A DNA stretch of 64,000 bases, from contig NW_003314415.1 of the NCBI RefSeq assembly GCF_000143415.4, positions 136,772-200,771 of the forward strand, in the 5' to 3' direction. This stretch comes from Selaginella moellendorffii. Taxonomy: Eukaryota > Plantae > Lycopodiophyta. Positions within the stretch are counted from its first letter, which is position 1. The number at the start of each line of letters is the position of its first letter. Positions 31,045 to 42,964 of the stretch are shown in pieces. The position numbers and the translations under genes were made by a program. The notes beneath the pieces were generated by a model. The model saw nothing but the letters and a program-made list of their open reading frames with translations. It was not told the origin of the DNA and did not search any database.

Positions 31045-33279
31045 TTGAAAGCTTGCGGCAACTTGAGGGAGCTTGAGATTGGTAAGAGGATCCATCACAG
31101 CGGCTCTCCAAGCATTCTGGTCTCTAATGCCTCGATTTCCATGTACGCGAAATGCGGGAGCATGCCGGATGCGCGAGGAGTCTTCGATGGAATGGCGCGT
31201 CGCGACGTGGTTTCCTGGACAGCTTTGATCTCCGGGTATGTTGAGAACAGGGACATCGATCGGGCTTGTGAGAGCTACGATCAAATGGAAGGTTGCGAGC
31301 CAGATGCTCGAGCGTTTCTCGCGGTTCTTACAGCTTACGCCCGTCTAGCAGCTCAAGAAGAAGGAGTCCAAGTTTGTGGCAAGCTCGCTAAAGTTGAGGC
31401 TCTTGGAAAATCCATGGCCTTGCACGACCAGATTTTTGGAAGGGGCTGTGACAAGGATATCTTCGTAGCAAGCTCGCTGGTGGATCTCTATGCGAAGTGT
31501 GGGAGCTTGCTGGATGCCCGGATAGTTTTTGACAGGATGGCCGAGCACAACGTAGTTTCATGGACTAGTCTGGTGATGGGATACGTAGAGAATGGGGGGG
31601 CTGGAATCGCTTTGCAGCTTTTTAGTTGCTTCCACAGCACAGGACTGGTAGTGAATTCTCGAGTCATGGTTGCTGCGCTTATGGCCTGTGGAAGCTTGGC
31701 AACGAAGGAAGAGGGAACTCAAGTTTGTGGAAGGCTTGTCAAGATCGGGTGTCTAGAACAAGGTGTGGTTTTATACGAGCAGGCAAAGTCCCGGCAATTA
31801 GACTCGGAAGTTCACGTAGCGAACAGCTTGATTGACATGTTTGCGAAGTGTGGGAGCATGCAGAGAGCTCGTCGAGTTTTTGAGACAATGGAGCTTCGAA
31901 ACGTTGTGTCGTGGACGTCATTGATACAGGGGTATGTAGAGAACGGGAAGGAGGAGCTAGCTCTAGATCTCTTTGGCAGTATGGAAACTCCACCAAACGC
32001 TTGGACTTTTACCACAGTGCTTATGTGCTACGCTTCTTTAGCAGCAAAATCCAGTTGCGGAACCATGAAGACCAAGTGGCTAGAGAAAACGAAGGCTCTC
32101 CACGATGACGCTGTGAAGTCTGGCTGTTCTTTGGATATCGTTATGGCCAACACGCTAGTTTTTACCTACATGAAGTGTGGGAGCATGGTAGATGCCGATC
32201 AAGTTTTCAGCAGCATTGGACGGGTCGCAAACGTTGTCTCGTGGACGTCGATGATTCTCGGGTATACAGAAAATGGAGAGCACGAACAAGCTCTAGAACA
32301 TTTTTACAGGATGAAAGCAGCAGGAAGTGCTCCCGATTCTCGAGCATTTGTCGCAGCTCTTACGGCCATGGGAAGATTAGCGGAGAAAGAAGCGAATGAG
32401 CTCCAGGATTCTGCCAAGACCAAGTGTCTGGAGAGAGCAGTGGAGATGCACTTGGAAATCACAGCAAGCGGGCTCGACTCGGACAGTTTCGTCGCAAACA
32501 CGTTGATGGAGGTTTATGCAAAGTGTAGGTGCATGCCGAAGGCTCGCCAGGTCTTCCAAGGGATGGTGAATCGCAACACCGCAAGCTGGAACACTATGAT
32601 CCTGGGCTATGTCAAGAATGGTGCTAGCGAGCAGGCTTTGGAAACATTTACTCGTATGAAACTCGAGCCACGCCGGGGTTGTGAACCGAATCATCAAACT
32701 TACGTCGCGGTGCTGACTGCTCTTGGAGACTTAAGCACAGGGTTAGAGGCTGGCCGAGAAATCCATGGAGAAATATGCAGGAGAGGACTGATCGAAGAGC
32801 CATCATCAAGCTCTCCCCCGGTTCTAGCAACTTGTTTGCTGGATTTCTACGCAAAGTCCGCGAGCATGGCTGCTGCCCGGCACGTCTTCGACTCGGTTTT
32901 CCTCGGTGGTGGTGATGCTGCTATTTGGAACGCACTGATCTCCGGCTACAGCATCCAAGGTGACACTTTCCAAGTTTGTAGCTCGTTCCGGGAGATGAGA
33001 GGCGCAGGGATCCAACCGGACGAGGCTACGTTCCAATCGATCTTGATGTCGTGCAGTCACGCCGGTCTCTTGGACGAGGCAAGGAAGTTCTTCCGCGAGA
33101 TGGGCAGTGTTTATGGAATCGCTCCAAGGATGGAGCACTACAGTTGCATGGTCGATTTGCTTGGAAGAGCAAACCGTGTTGAGGAGGGTATGGAGCTTCT
33201 GGAAAGAATGCCATGGAAAGCTGATACTGTGGCATGGACGAGCATATTGAGCGCTTGGTCTCAAACGGAACAAAAGTAG
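31045..33279 (+). CDS. PLS-class pentatricopeptide repeat protein, intronless, truncated E domain (first ATG at 31141)
   Basis: Repeated MYAKCGS..DAR.VF..M..RNVVSWTS.I.GY.ENG; C-terminal SCSHAGLL..EHYSCMVDLLGRA..WTSILSAW. Confidence 0.93.
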   Translation: MKACGNLRELEIGKRIHHSGSPSILVSNASISMYAKCGSMPDARGVFDGMARRDVVSWTALISGYVENRDIDRACESYDQMEGCEPDARAFLAVLTAYARLAAQEEGVQVCGKLAKVEALGKSMALHDQIFGRGCDKDIFVASSLVDLYAKCGSLLDARIVFDRMAEHNVVSWTSLVMGYVENGGAGIALQLFSCFHSTGLVVNSRVMVAALMACGSLATKEEGTQVCGRLVKIGCLEQGVVLYEQAKSRQLDSEVHVANSLIDMFAKCGSMQRARRVFETMELRNVVSWTSLIQGYVENGKEELALDLFGSMETPPNAWTFTTVLMCYASLAAKSSCGTMKTKWLEKTKALHDDAVKSGCSLDIVMANTLVFTYMKCGSMVDADQVFSSIGRVANVVSWTSMILGYTENGEHEQALEHFYRMKAAGSAPDSRAFVAALTAMGRLAEKEANELQDSAKTKCLERAVEMHLEITASGLDSDSFVANTLMEVYAKCRCMPKARQVFQGMVNRNTASWNTMILGYVKNGASEQALETFTRMKLEPRRGCEPNHQTYVAVLTALGDLSTGLEAGREIHGEICRRGLIEEPSSSSPPVLATCLLDFYAKSASMAAARHVFDSVFLGGGDAAIWNALISGYSIQGDTFQVCSSFREMRGAGIQPDEATFQSILMSCSHAGLLDEARKFFREMGSVYGIAPRMEHYSCMVDLLGRANRVEEGMELLERMPWKADTVAWTSILSAWSQTEQK

Positions 33280-33451
33280 AATTTCTACACTTCCATCATA
33301 CGTATGATAAAAGGTTTGAAAGGTGACAAAACTTAATAACAAGAGAATCAAGCAGGATACTTGCTGATGTTTATATGATCTGCCAGAACATTACAAGCTT
33401 TTCTCTCTCCATTCTTATATACTACCAGAGTTAAGAAAGAATCACAAGCTA

Positions 33452-35539
33452 TTAACAAGATAAAGTTGTTGCAAGGAGGGCATAGGACGACGAGCTCTGA
33501 GGATCTAAAACGAATGCTTCTCTTGCAACTAATCTCCCTTGCGCCGCATTACTATGAAGTTTGCAAGCAGTGAGCAATGCCTTCCACCCAGCCCCATTTT
33601 GATACTTCCCAGGGATCAGTGCCATGACCTGAGACGCCTCACTCACAAGCCCCACTCTCCCCAGCAAGTTAATCATCGAGTAGTAGTGCTCCCTCGTCCA
33701 ATCCACCGAGTGGTCCATCAAGATCGATGTGAAGCAGCTCCGTGCTGCCACCAAAACACCAACGTCGCTACAAGCAGCGAGCAAACAAAGCCCACCGACG
33801 TGATCGATCTCGAGGCCATGAAGCAGCATTTGCTTCACGAGCTCTAGAGCTTCCTGGTTATGCCCGTTCTGGGCATATCCAGTGAGCATCGCATTCCAGG
33901 AGACGGCATTTCGTTCGAGCATACCATCGAAGAGCCTCTTCGCCGCTGCTACGTCTCCGGCTTGCGAAAACGCCGCCACCATTGCGTTTGTCGAAACCAA
34001 ACTCCTTTGCGGCATCTCATTGTAGATTTCCAACGCGTTTGAAAGTTGCCCAGACTGGGCAAATGCTGTGAGAAGTATGTTCCAGGACGCTGGATCTCTT
34101 TCCTTCATGCAATGGAATGCCTTGCTAGCGTCCTCCGTACAGCCCGCCTGCGCGTACGCTCCTACCAGCGTGTTCCCGCTCCGTACGTCCCTCTCCGGCG
34201 CGCTGTCAAAGAGAAACTTGGCCTCTTCGACGAGCCCGGCCTGCGATAAGGCGACGAGCATCGCGTTGCACGAGACGACGCTGATCTCCGGCATGGAATC
34301 GAATGTGAGCTTGGCGTCGCGGAGGTGCCCATTCTCGGCGTACGCTGCCACTGCCACCGTGCCCAGGACCACGTCCCAGCGAGGGAGCGATCGGAGGATC
34401 TCGCCCACTTGATCCACGAGCCCATGGCGTGAGTAAGCCGCGATGATCGCAGTGAAGGTCGCGAGATTGGGGCGATCCATCCGCGCGAGCAGTGCCTCTG
34501 CCTCGTCGAGGTTTCCCGAGAGAGCGTATGCCTGGATCATCGTGTTCCAGGAGACGTGATCCCTCTGCTGGGGATCCATTGATTCGAAGAACTCTCGGGC
34601 TCGATCTAGCGAGGGATCCATTGCGACGAGCACGCTCAGGATCGAGTTGCAAGAGACGGTGTCTTGCGCGGGCATCGAATCGAAGAAGCTCTTCGCTTGA
34701 TCGAGATACCCGTTCTGCGCATAAGCTTGGAGCATTGTGTTCCACGACACTGGATCTCTCTCCTGGGATGAATCAAAGAGAGCTTTTGCTTTCTCCAAAT
34801 GCCCAGCTTGGGCATATGTTGCAATCATTGCATTTCGCGACACAAGATTTGGACAGGGCATTTGGTGGAAGATCGCCTCTGCCTGATCGATCTGTCCTAA
34901 TCTTGCGTGGAGTGCCAGCACAGAATTCCAAGAGACGCTGTCGTGCTCCGGCATGGATTGCAGCATTGCTTTGGCCTCCTCAAAATGCCCGTTCACGGCA
35001 AGAGCTTGGATCATCGCATTCCAGACGAACAGATTCCTGATGGGCGATCGATCAAAGAGTAGCTGCGCTTCGTGGAGATTACCGTCCTGCGCGTAGGCCG
35101 CGATCATTGCTGTGATCGCGACGAGGCTCCCGGCGCCCGCCATAGCCGCGCTATCGAGCAAGCTCCTCGCTTGTTCTAGATGCCCAGTTTGGGCATTTAG
35201 GGTGATCATGGTGTTCCACGAGACAGCGTTCCTGTACGGCATGGCGTCGAAGACGCGCTGGGCCTGGTCCTCCTGGCCATTGCTGCCGTACGCCTGGATG
35301 AGTATGTTATAGGAGAAGAGATTGGGCCGCGCGATGGCGTCAAAGGCGCGTTGGGCGTCGCTAGGGCAGCGGCATTTGCCATACATTTGGATTAGGAGGT
35401 TGGAGATGTAGAGATTTTGGCGCAGGGCGGCGCTACTCGCGATGATCCGCGCGTGGATCTTTCTCGCCGCGGCTAGATCGCCGCTCTCACCGCAGATCTT
35501 CACGGCGCTGGCTAGCTCCTCGATCGATGATGATTGCAT
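33452..35539 (-). CDS. PPR protein with a long run of ~31-aa S-type motifs and an E domain
   Basis: Tandem ..VSWN.M..AYAQ.G.L..A..LFD.MP units; ends HYYSMINLLGRVG..WKALLTACKLH..SSYALL. Confidence 0.93.
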   Translation of the reverse strand: MQSSSIEELASAVKICGESGDLAAARKIHARIIASSAALRQNLYISNLLIQMYGKCRCPSDAQRAFDAIARPNLFSYNILIQAYGSNGQEDQAQRVFDAMPYRNAVSWNTMITLNAQTGHLEQARSLLDSAAMAGAGSLVAITAMIAAYAQDGNLHEAQLLFDRSPIRNLFVWNAMIQALAVNGHFEEAKAMLQSMPEHDSVSWNSVLALHARLGQIDQAEAIFHQMPCPNLVSRNAMIATYAQAGHLEKAKALFDSSQERDPVSWNTMLQAYAQNGYLDQAKSFFDSMPAQDTVSCNSILSVLVAMDPSLDRAREFFESMDPQQRDHVSWNTMIQAYALSGNLDEAEALLARMDRPNLATFTAIIAAYSRHGLVDQVGEILRSLPRWDVVLGTVAVAAYAENGHLRDAKLTFDSMPEISVVSCNAMLVALSQAGLVEEAKFLFDSAPERDVRSGNTLVGAYAQAGCTEDASKAFHCMKERDPASWNILLTAFAQSGQLSNALEIYNEMPQRSLVSTNAMVAAFSQAGDVAAAKRLFDGMLERNAVSWNAMLTGYAQNGHNQEALELVKQMLLHGLEIDHVGGLCLLAACSDVGVLVAARSCFTSILMDHSVDWTREHYYSMINLLGRVGLVSEASQVMALIPGKYQNGAGWKALLTACKLHSNAAQGRLVAREAFVLDPQSSSSYALLATTLSC

Positions 35540-35595
35540 AGGATCGCATCGCCGGGAGGTTTAGGGTTTATCGATCGGGGGCAAAATATGAGGAG

Positions 35596-37888
35596 ATGAG
35601 GAGAGCCGCGTCTCGGCTGCGCGGAGTCGTGCTGCATTCGATCCATCGGGAGTTTACCAGCAGCGGCGTGAGGAATGCGAGAGACAAGGTCGGACCGTCT
35701 GGAGAGATCAGTAAGTTTGCAAGGAAGAAATTCGAGAAGCTGCGGCAGCAGCCGGTGGAGAGGCCCTATGTCGCTCCACAGCCGGCGGCGCCGCTCTCGC
35801 CTGTCAAGGTGGTGGAGATTTTCGAGGGCATGACGATGCGGGAGCTTGCATCTCGGCTCCAGCAGACAGAGAGCGCTGTGCAATCCATCTTGAGCGATCT
35901 TGGCGAGAGCTGTGAGTCCGGTGACGAGGCGCTGGCCTTCGATGCATCAGAGCTAGTTGCACTGGTACGTGATCTTTTCTTTCTTTCTCTAGTTCTTTTC
36001 TTGTGGTTCTTTTCGCAAGTCTTTGCTGCTTCTCTTTAGATGACTTTGCTGCTTGTCTTAGATGAAAAGATCTTTGTAGCTTCTTATTGTTGATTCACTG
36101 ATCGTTACTTTTCCAGGAATTCGGAGCTCAAGTGAAAAGAGTTGACGCGGAAGTAAAGAAAGATGATCCTCAGAAGGAAGTGATACCACTGCGTCCTCCA
36201 GTGATCACTGTTATGGGGCACGTCGATCACGGGAAAACTTCGCTGCTCGATGCACTGCGCAAGTCATCTGTTGCTGCGGGTGAGGCCGGAGGAATCACGC
36301 AGCACCTCGGTGCTTTTGTCGTGAAAATGTCCTCGGGAGCATCCCTTACCTTTCTGGACACGCCGGGCCACGCGGCTTTCAGTGCAATGCGAGCTCGCGG
36401 GGCGGCAGTGACGGACATCGTCGTTCTCGTCGTTGCTGCCGACGATGGTGTCAAGCCTCAAACGCTAGAAGCGCTGTCTCACGCACAGGAGGCCAAGGTT
36501 CCGATAGTGGTGGCGATCAACAAGTGTGACAAGGAAGACGCGGATCCTGCCAGGGTGCGGCAGCAGCTTATCATGCACAGCGTCGAGCTTGAAGAGATTG
36601 GTGGCGACGTCCAGGTTGTCGAGGTCTCGGCTAAGCAGAGCACGGGACTTAACAAGCTAGAGGAAGCTCTACTGCTCATGTCAGAGATGATGGACCTCCG
36701 AGCCCGGACCGACGGCGATGCTCACGGGGTTGTCATCGAGGCAAGGCTTGATCGGGGCCAAGGGCCTTTGGCAACGGTGATAGTGCGATCGGGCACGTTG
36801 AAACAGGGAGCCATTGTCGTTGTTGGTCACCAGTGGGGGCGTGTGAGATGCTTGCGGGATATGGCAGGAGCTATTGTCAAGTCTGCTGGGCCTGCTACAC
36901 CTGTTGAGGTATCAGGACTCCGGGGAGCTCCGCTAGCTGGGGACTCGCTCAACGTTTTGCAAAGCGAGGACAGGGCTAAGAAGCTGGCCGAGAAGAGGCA
37001 GCTGATTATGGAGCACGACAGATTGCAAAAGCGTAACTTAAAAGCTGCTGCTGCTACTCCTGCTACTCCGGCCGCCGAAGATGAAGGGACCGACCAAGCT
37101 CCGAAGGCAGTCAACATGCCGCTCGTTGTGAAAGCCGACGTGCAAGGGACCTTAGAAGCTGTTCTTGAAGCCCTCGAAAGCTTGAACAACGAACAGGTGA
37201 AGTCCTATATTTTACCTTCTTTCATCTGAGGTTGTCTGTAACCTTTTGTACCAGGTATCTGTGAGTATCGTGCATTCCGGAATTGGCCCCGTGTCGGAAG
37301 CAGATTTTCTTCTAGCCGAAGCATGTCAGGGCTGCTTAATTGCTTTCACCGTCAAGTGCTTGCCATCGGTAGAAGCAATGGCTCGTCGTGCTAAAATCCC
37401 GGTATGTTCTTTTTTATGCATTGACTTGAAACTACTATTCATGTTTTCATTTACAGCTTGTTCATCACCGTGTTATTTACCATTTGTTGGAAGAAGTTGG
37501 GAAGCTGATAATTGAGAGGGCTCCAGGAACTTCGGAGACCCGGATTGCCGGGCAGGCCGAAGTTCTCGCCATCTTTGAGATTAAAGGCAAAGGCAGGGCA
37601 GGGGTTGGAGCAGCCAAGATTGCAGGCTGCCGAGTCTTCGAGGGACGCCTGCTCAAGGGTCAGCGTGTCAAAGTCCTCCGGAGTGGCACGGAGCTGTTTG
37701 ACGGGAAACTTTCGTCGCTCAAGAGGGAGAAGCTGGACGTGGACACGGTTGGGAAGGGGACGGAATGCGGGCTTATTGTCAACGAATGGATGGAATTCAG
37801 TGTCGGGGACGTTGTGCAGTGCATCGAAGAGTACAAGAGATTGCCGACGTTTGTTTCTTCGGATGGGAAAGCGAGGATCGAATGCTGA
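35596..37888 (+). CDS. Translation initiation factor IF-2, organellar (probably mitochondrial), multi-exon
   Basis: [38 protein letters not shown] and KADVQG motifs; Arg-rich N-terminal presequence. Confidence 0.93.
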
Positions 37889-38180
37889 GGTTTTGCTAGA
37901 ATGACACCAGAGTGGTTTTGGTAACTCCAATCTTGACAGAACCTTTTCAGGTACTGTATTCTTCTTCTCTTTTTTTTTCTTCTTCTTTCTTCTCTTCTTT
38001 GCGGTTAGCAATAAGAAGTGCTGTGCTCTTTAATAACCCCGTGCATTGCAGCTGGTTTGGTGTATACCTTGCTTCTTCTAGTGTCTTTGTCTACCTTTCC
38101 TTCGTAATCCGGCATTGCTCGAAGAGTCTTTGGCGTCGATATAAGCTGCTTGTTTCGTCCTAGGTAGAGCAACTAGAGCT

Positions 38181-38718
38181 ATGGAAGACGACTATCGCTA
38201 CTATCAGCTAGGATTGAGAGTCTTGGGATTTGCTCTTACTTCTGTGGCTTTTTCGTGTATGGGAGCAGCGCTTCCAGTGTCCCCGACATCTCTGACGAGC
38301 TATGCCTCTTTCAAGTAAGCAATCTTTGTGGAAGAGATCCTTTCTAACGAGTTTCCTTTGCAGCTTTTTGCTGGCTACCAATGTCCTTGCATGCCTCTAC
38401 TCGGGAGCTCAGGTTGCCGTTTTAGCAGCGAACAGAAAGAAGCTCACAGATTTTTACAAAACCTCCAGCTTAATCCTCGATCAAGTAAGTCACTACATCT
38501 ATAGTTTTCGTCAGGTCGCACGCATCCTCTCTTTGCAGATTTTCACTTGCTTGCTGCTTGCAAGCGCGTCGGCAGCTAGTGCCGCTTTCCAAGCGCTCGA
38601 ACTGTGTAAGCAAGACCTGGCCACTTGCCTACGAGTAACATCGTCGGTGGTAGCGGGATTTGTGGCCTTTTCAGCACTCTACGCCTCCACAGTCGTATCG
38701 TTCCTCACCGCAAGGTAA
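38181..38718 (+). CDS. CASP-like (MARVEL-type) four-TM protein, 3 exons
   Basis: LGLRVLGFALTSVAFSCM, YASF/FLLATNVLACLYSGAQV, LDQ/IFTCLLLASASAA, C..SSVVAGFVAF. Confidence 0.8.
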
Positions 38719-38785
38719 ATCCCGGCTTTTCCATATGTATATACATACATGCAATTGCTTACTACTTGTCATGTACAAAACAGGG

Positions 38786-39619
38786 CTATCGAGCTATCAA
38801 GTCGAGATCATCCTCCTCCTCCAGATCATGCTCATTCATCTGCTTGATCCTCTTGCCGTCTCGAGGGCCGGTTCGTCGCTTTTGCTTCCCGCTGCGATCC
38901 AAATAGAAGAAAGAAAGTTGAGAATAAGGTAAACAAGAAGTTCGCGTGCTCTACTTACGGCCCGTTTGCTGGCGTTCCCGCGATCTTGATCCGACTTTGG
39001 CCGCTTCCATCTAGTCTTCCCTCGGTGTCTCGTCCTAGAGCATTCTCTTCGGCCTTGGAAGAGACAACAAAAAGAAGAATGGCCGGGTATGGTGAAAAAA
39101 GTTGGCATTACTAGACACATAATTCTCTGGTTTTGGTGGTTTTTTTTTTCTTTCAACTTACAGCAGGGGAAGTGACCGAAGACAAAGAAAACAAACGATC
39201 CTCGGTGGAGAACTTGCGTGGTCTCTTCATGCTGAGAGAGAAAGAGAAAGAGATTCAAAGGTTACGTTAATCTTTGATTCGAGCAATGCTTCTTTTTTTT
39301 TTTTTTTTGGTTGCTTTGCTCGAGAGCAAACTTACTTTCCAGCTCCCTTGGCGGAGGAGAGAAATCCCTCGAATCCCTTGAGAACGTTGCCGCACTGGCT
39401 CGAGTCGTGCAGATAAGTGGTCTCGAGATCATACACCTGTAAATGATTCCGGAATATCCAGAGATGCCAAAGATATATTCCCTTTACACAAACCTGCTTC
39501 TCAACGTTTCGGAGCTCCTCGAGGAGCTTCTCCCGTTTGGAGACGCACAGGGCGAGATTGGCCTGTGGATTCAACTGCGCGGCCGCGCGCTGCTGCTGGC
39601 TCGCCGCCATATCTACCAT
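38786..39619 (-). CDS. EAF6: NuA4 subunit EAF6/MEAF6, 5 exons
   Basis: KREKLLEELRNVEKQ/VYDLETTYL...GNVLKGFEGFLSS/..RKFSTEDRLFSLSSVTSPA; last exon ends EEEDDLDLIAR*. Confidence 0.9.
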
Positions 39620-41318
39620 TTTGGCCCGGGGGAAACAAAACCCTAGCGCTAGGGCTATGGGCAGATATTCCGTCAGCTTGACGGAATGTCTTTCCCGACA
39701 TCTACTCCATACATTTTAAATATATATATTAGTTTTAATATTTTATGTATTAAATTGAGGAATCCAAAAACGAGGATTTGAAGAAACATCAGGTGGAGCA
39801 ACAATATATTCGTTGCCAGCACAAAGTCCTGTTAAGTGCTTCCATGACAGAAAAAAGAAAGATTCTTATTCATAAGAACAAGCAAAGGTGGAAGAACGAA
39901 GAAGATAGACCGACTGTTTTTTTTTATTCTGGAGGGCTGAATGTTGTGGCAAACCTCAGGTCCTATTTGCTGCCGCACTTCCACTGAGTAGGCAGACCTC
40001 TTAGACAAAGCACGATTGGGAAAACAAATCAACTGGGTGGATGAGAGTTGTATTTGCTGGTATGGTCTCACTTGTATGAAGAATGATCTTTAAATATACC
40101 ATCCACCAAAAAAGATGAAAATAATAGAAAAATTGAGCTTCACATTTGTGCAACTTATGACCTCAAAATTCTTCTGTCTCATCTAAGGGCATTACAAAAC
40201 TTATATTCTTTCGAAGGGAAGCTGTGAAGATTTACAACAAAACACAGAAAACAAAGCAGCATATAAACTTGATCAAGATGCCATCAGACTAGGACAACAT
40301 CAACTCCAACAACACATACCACCTCTCGTAAGGTGGCTGTATGGACCATCACCTCGTAGTTAAGATGCAACTCCAAGCACGTCTTGAGATCAGTGGAATC
40401 TGAAAATGCTGTCCACCCAAACATGCACAGTGCGCCTCAAATCTGCTGTCCATGTTATCAGATAGCTTTTTGAAGCCCTGCGAAAGAACACAAACAAAGT
40501 TATAGAAAGCAAAACGAGAGCAATCTAACTTACTAAAACGCATGGTTTGCATGGTGTCAAAGCCGAGACAATACTTGTGGCCGACTTCCAGCTCAGGAAC
40601 TCCAAAACTCTCCAAATAGAGCTTCACGATCATGGGCGTGTGCTTCCAAATGCTGTATATTACTTCCAGGAATTAGACTTCAACATTGTATAATCACAAG
40701 TGTTTTTCAAGATTGAGGGACACAATAACCAAACGCTCCTACTCCTTGGAGTATGGAAACATACCCTTCACAACATTTCTCTGGGTCACCAAAACCCTTA
40801 CACAAAGCCTTGAAACAATCCTGAAGTAGTTTGCGAGGCCCAGTCAAATGATCTAAAATGCAGAAAATTAGATTCAGTATTAAAATCTGGGCTTTATGAA
40901 CATGGCCGCAGAAGAACTTATTTGTGTCATAAACACAAATGAGATGAAAACAATCATGAACAAAACTAGACTCAGCTTCTGGAAATTGCCCATTCCCCAC
41001 TAGAGCCAAAGCAAAAGTTATGCCAGACTCGGTACAAAGTCAGCTTGACAGTGGATACGACCCGTCACACAGTGCATATGGTTGCTTAAGAATTTAAAGC
41101 CTTGAGTCACTTAAAGCTACCTTGAAAACTGATTATAATTCACAGGTGTTTCTATGGAACATGATACAATCCACTCAAGACGTCTTTCACTTTTAGTGTG
41201 AGCAGACATTCCGTCAACATGGGGAAATGAGCTCTTTGCCCTCCGTCAGTCGGTGGTTTCGGGGAGTGGATTTAAAAAGAACTGTGTAGAGATGTCCGTT
41301 CCCCCGCGTGTGTGAGGA

Positions 41319-41869
41319 ATGGAGGTTTGTCCGCTGCTTGCGCTTCGAATCAGGCTTGTGATCCAGAAGCTCAAACGCGCCACGCTCAGGCTTAAAGGTA
41401 GATCGTCCATTGTTCTTTGGATCCCACAGATTTAACTTCTTATCAGGAAAGAAGAAGAGGAAGAGCTCCACAGAGCAGAGAATCCAGCCGGCTAGAAGAA
41501 CACTCAAGGAAATCAAGAGAGAATATGGATTCGAGGTCTGCAAATCAACTGGCAATAGAGATGCTAGCTTTGTTTTGGATCTTACTTGAGGGCCTCTCTC
41601 TTATTGACAGAATTCTCCAGCAGCAAAGGCCAGAGCTGCTCTAGCAGAGCGCCAGGAGAAACTCAAGGTAAAGTGGATCTTAGATCTTACACTCTTTTTT
41701 AGACTAGGAAGAGAGATTCCAGCCCAGATTCCCACTATCTCACTTTTAAACAACGCTCCAGAGGGTAGAGGACAAGGCCCAAACATTACAGAGCAATGCG
41801 GAGAACTTCGCCGGGCTGACGGGAGAGCTGAAGGAGACTGTGGCCTCTCGCAAATGGTGGCAATATTGA
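41319..41869 (+). CDS. Tomosyn-derived soluble R-SNARE mini-protein 1 (~110 aa, 4 exons; start uncertain)
   Basis: MEVCPLLALRIRLVIQKLKRATLRLK/GKKKRKSSTEQRIQPARRTLKEIKREYGFE/NSPAAKARAALAERQEKLK/RVEDKAQTLQSNAENFAGLTGELKETVASRKWWQY*; GT-AG introns in phase. Confidence 0.72.
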
Positions 41870-42964
41870 TCGTTCGTTCCTTAGCTCTTTGTCAAACAAA
41901 CAAAAAGACTATGCTCGACCGATTTTGATGATCGAGTAGTTCGCGTAGTTCTTTCTGGAACCCACCTCGCTAAAGCAGAGAGAGGAAGGGGCGTGAACGC
42001 GCGCTTGTAAATCTCGTTGATCGATTCGCCCGGAAACCGGGTCCGGGGGTTGGGGTGGCTGAAGAAGGTTAAAAACCAGCGGAGAGCGGAAGAAGCGCCG
42101 ATGTTTGCTCGTAGGTGGCTGTATGCTCGTAATTAAGATGCAACTCCAAGCACGTCTTGAGAATCTAGAGATCAGGGTGGAATAGCCCTGTGAAAGTAAG
42201 CAAAGTTATAAAAAGAAAAACGAGAGCAATCCAACTTACTAGTAGAGAAAAACGCATGGTGCCAAGACAAAACTTGTGGCCGACTACTCCAAAACTCTCC
42301 AAATAGGGCATCACGATCATGGGCGTGTGCTTCCAAATGCTGTATATTACTTCCAGGAACTAGACTGCAACATTGTATAATCACACGTGTCACCAAAACC
42401 CCCACACAAAGGCTTGAAACAATCCTGAAGTAGTTTGCGAAGTAGTATCTGAAATGCAGAAGATTAGATTCAACATGAAAATCTGGGGTTTATGAACATG
42501 GCCGCAGAAGAGCTTATTTGTGTCATAACACAAATGAGATGTAAACAATCATGAAGACTCAGCTTCTGAAAATTGCCCATTCCCCTCTAGAGCCAGAGCA
42601 AAAGTTATGTCCTCGTCTTACACATTTATATATATATACAAAGTCAGCTCTACAGTGGATACGACCACATCACACTGTGCATATGGTTGCTTAAAAATTT
42701 AAAGCCTCGAGTCACATTCAATCATACAAGCAATTGGTTAAAGCTACCATGAAAACTGATTATAATTCACCAGGTGTTTCTATGGAACATGATACAATCC
42801 ACTCATCATCTTTCACTTTCAGTGTGAGCAGATATTCCGTCAACATGACGGATGTGCTTCTGCCCTCCGTCAGTCAGTGGTTTCGCGGAGTGAATATGCG
42901 GTGTGGATTTAAAAAAGAACTGTGTAGAGATGTCCGTCGTCTGTCTCCCTCGCGTGTGTGAGGA

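Noticed and set aside
39950-41100. Exon-like fragments on the - strand upstream of the micro-tomosyn genes
   Set aside because: Splice-like signals are present, but I could not assign a family or a continuous frame; the duplicate carries deletions.
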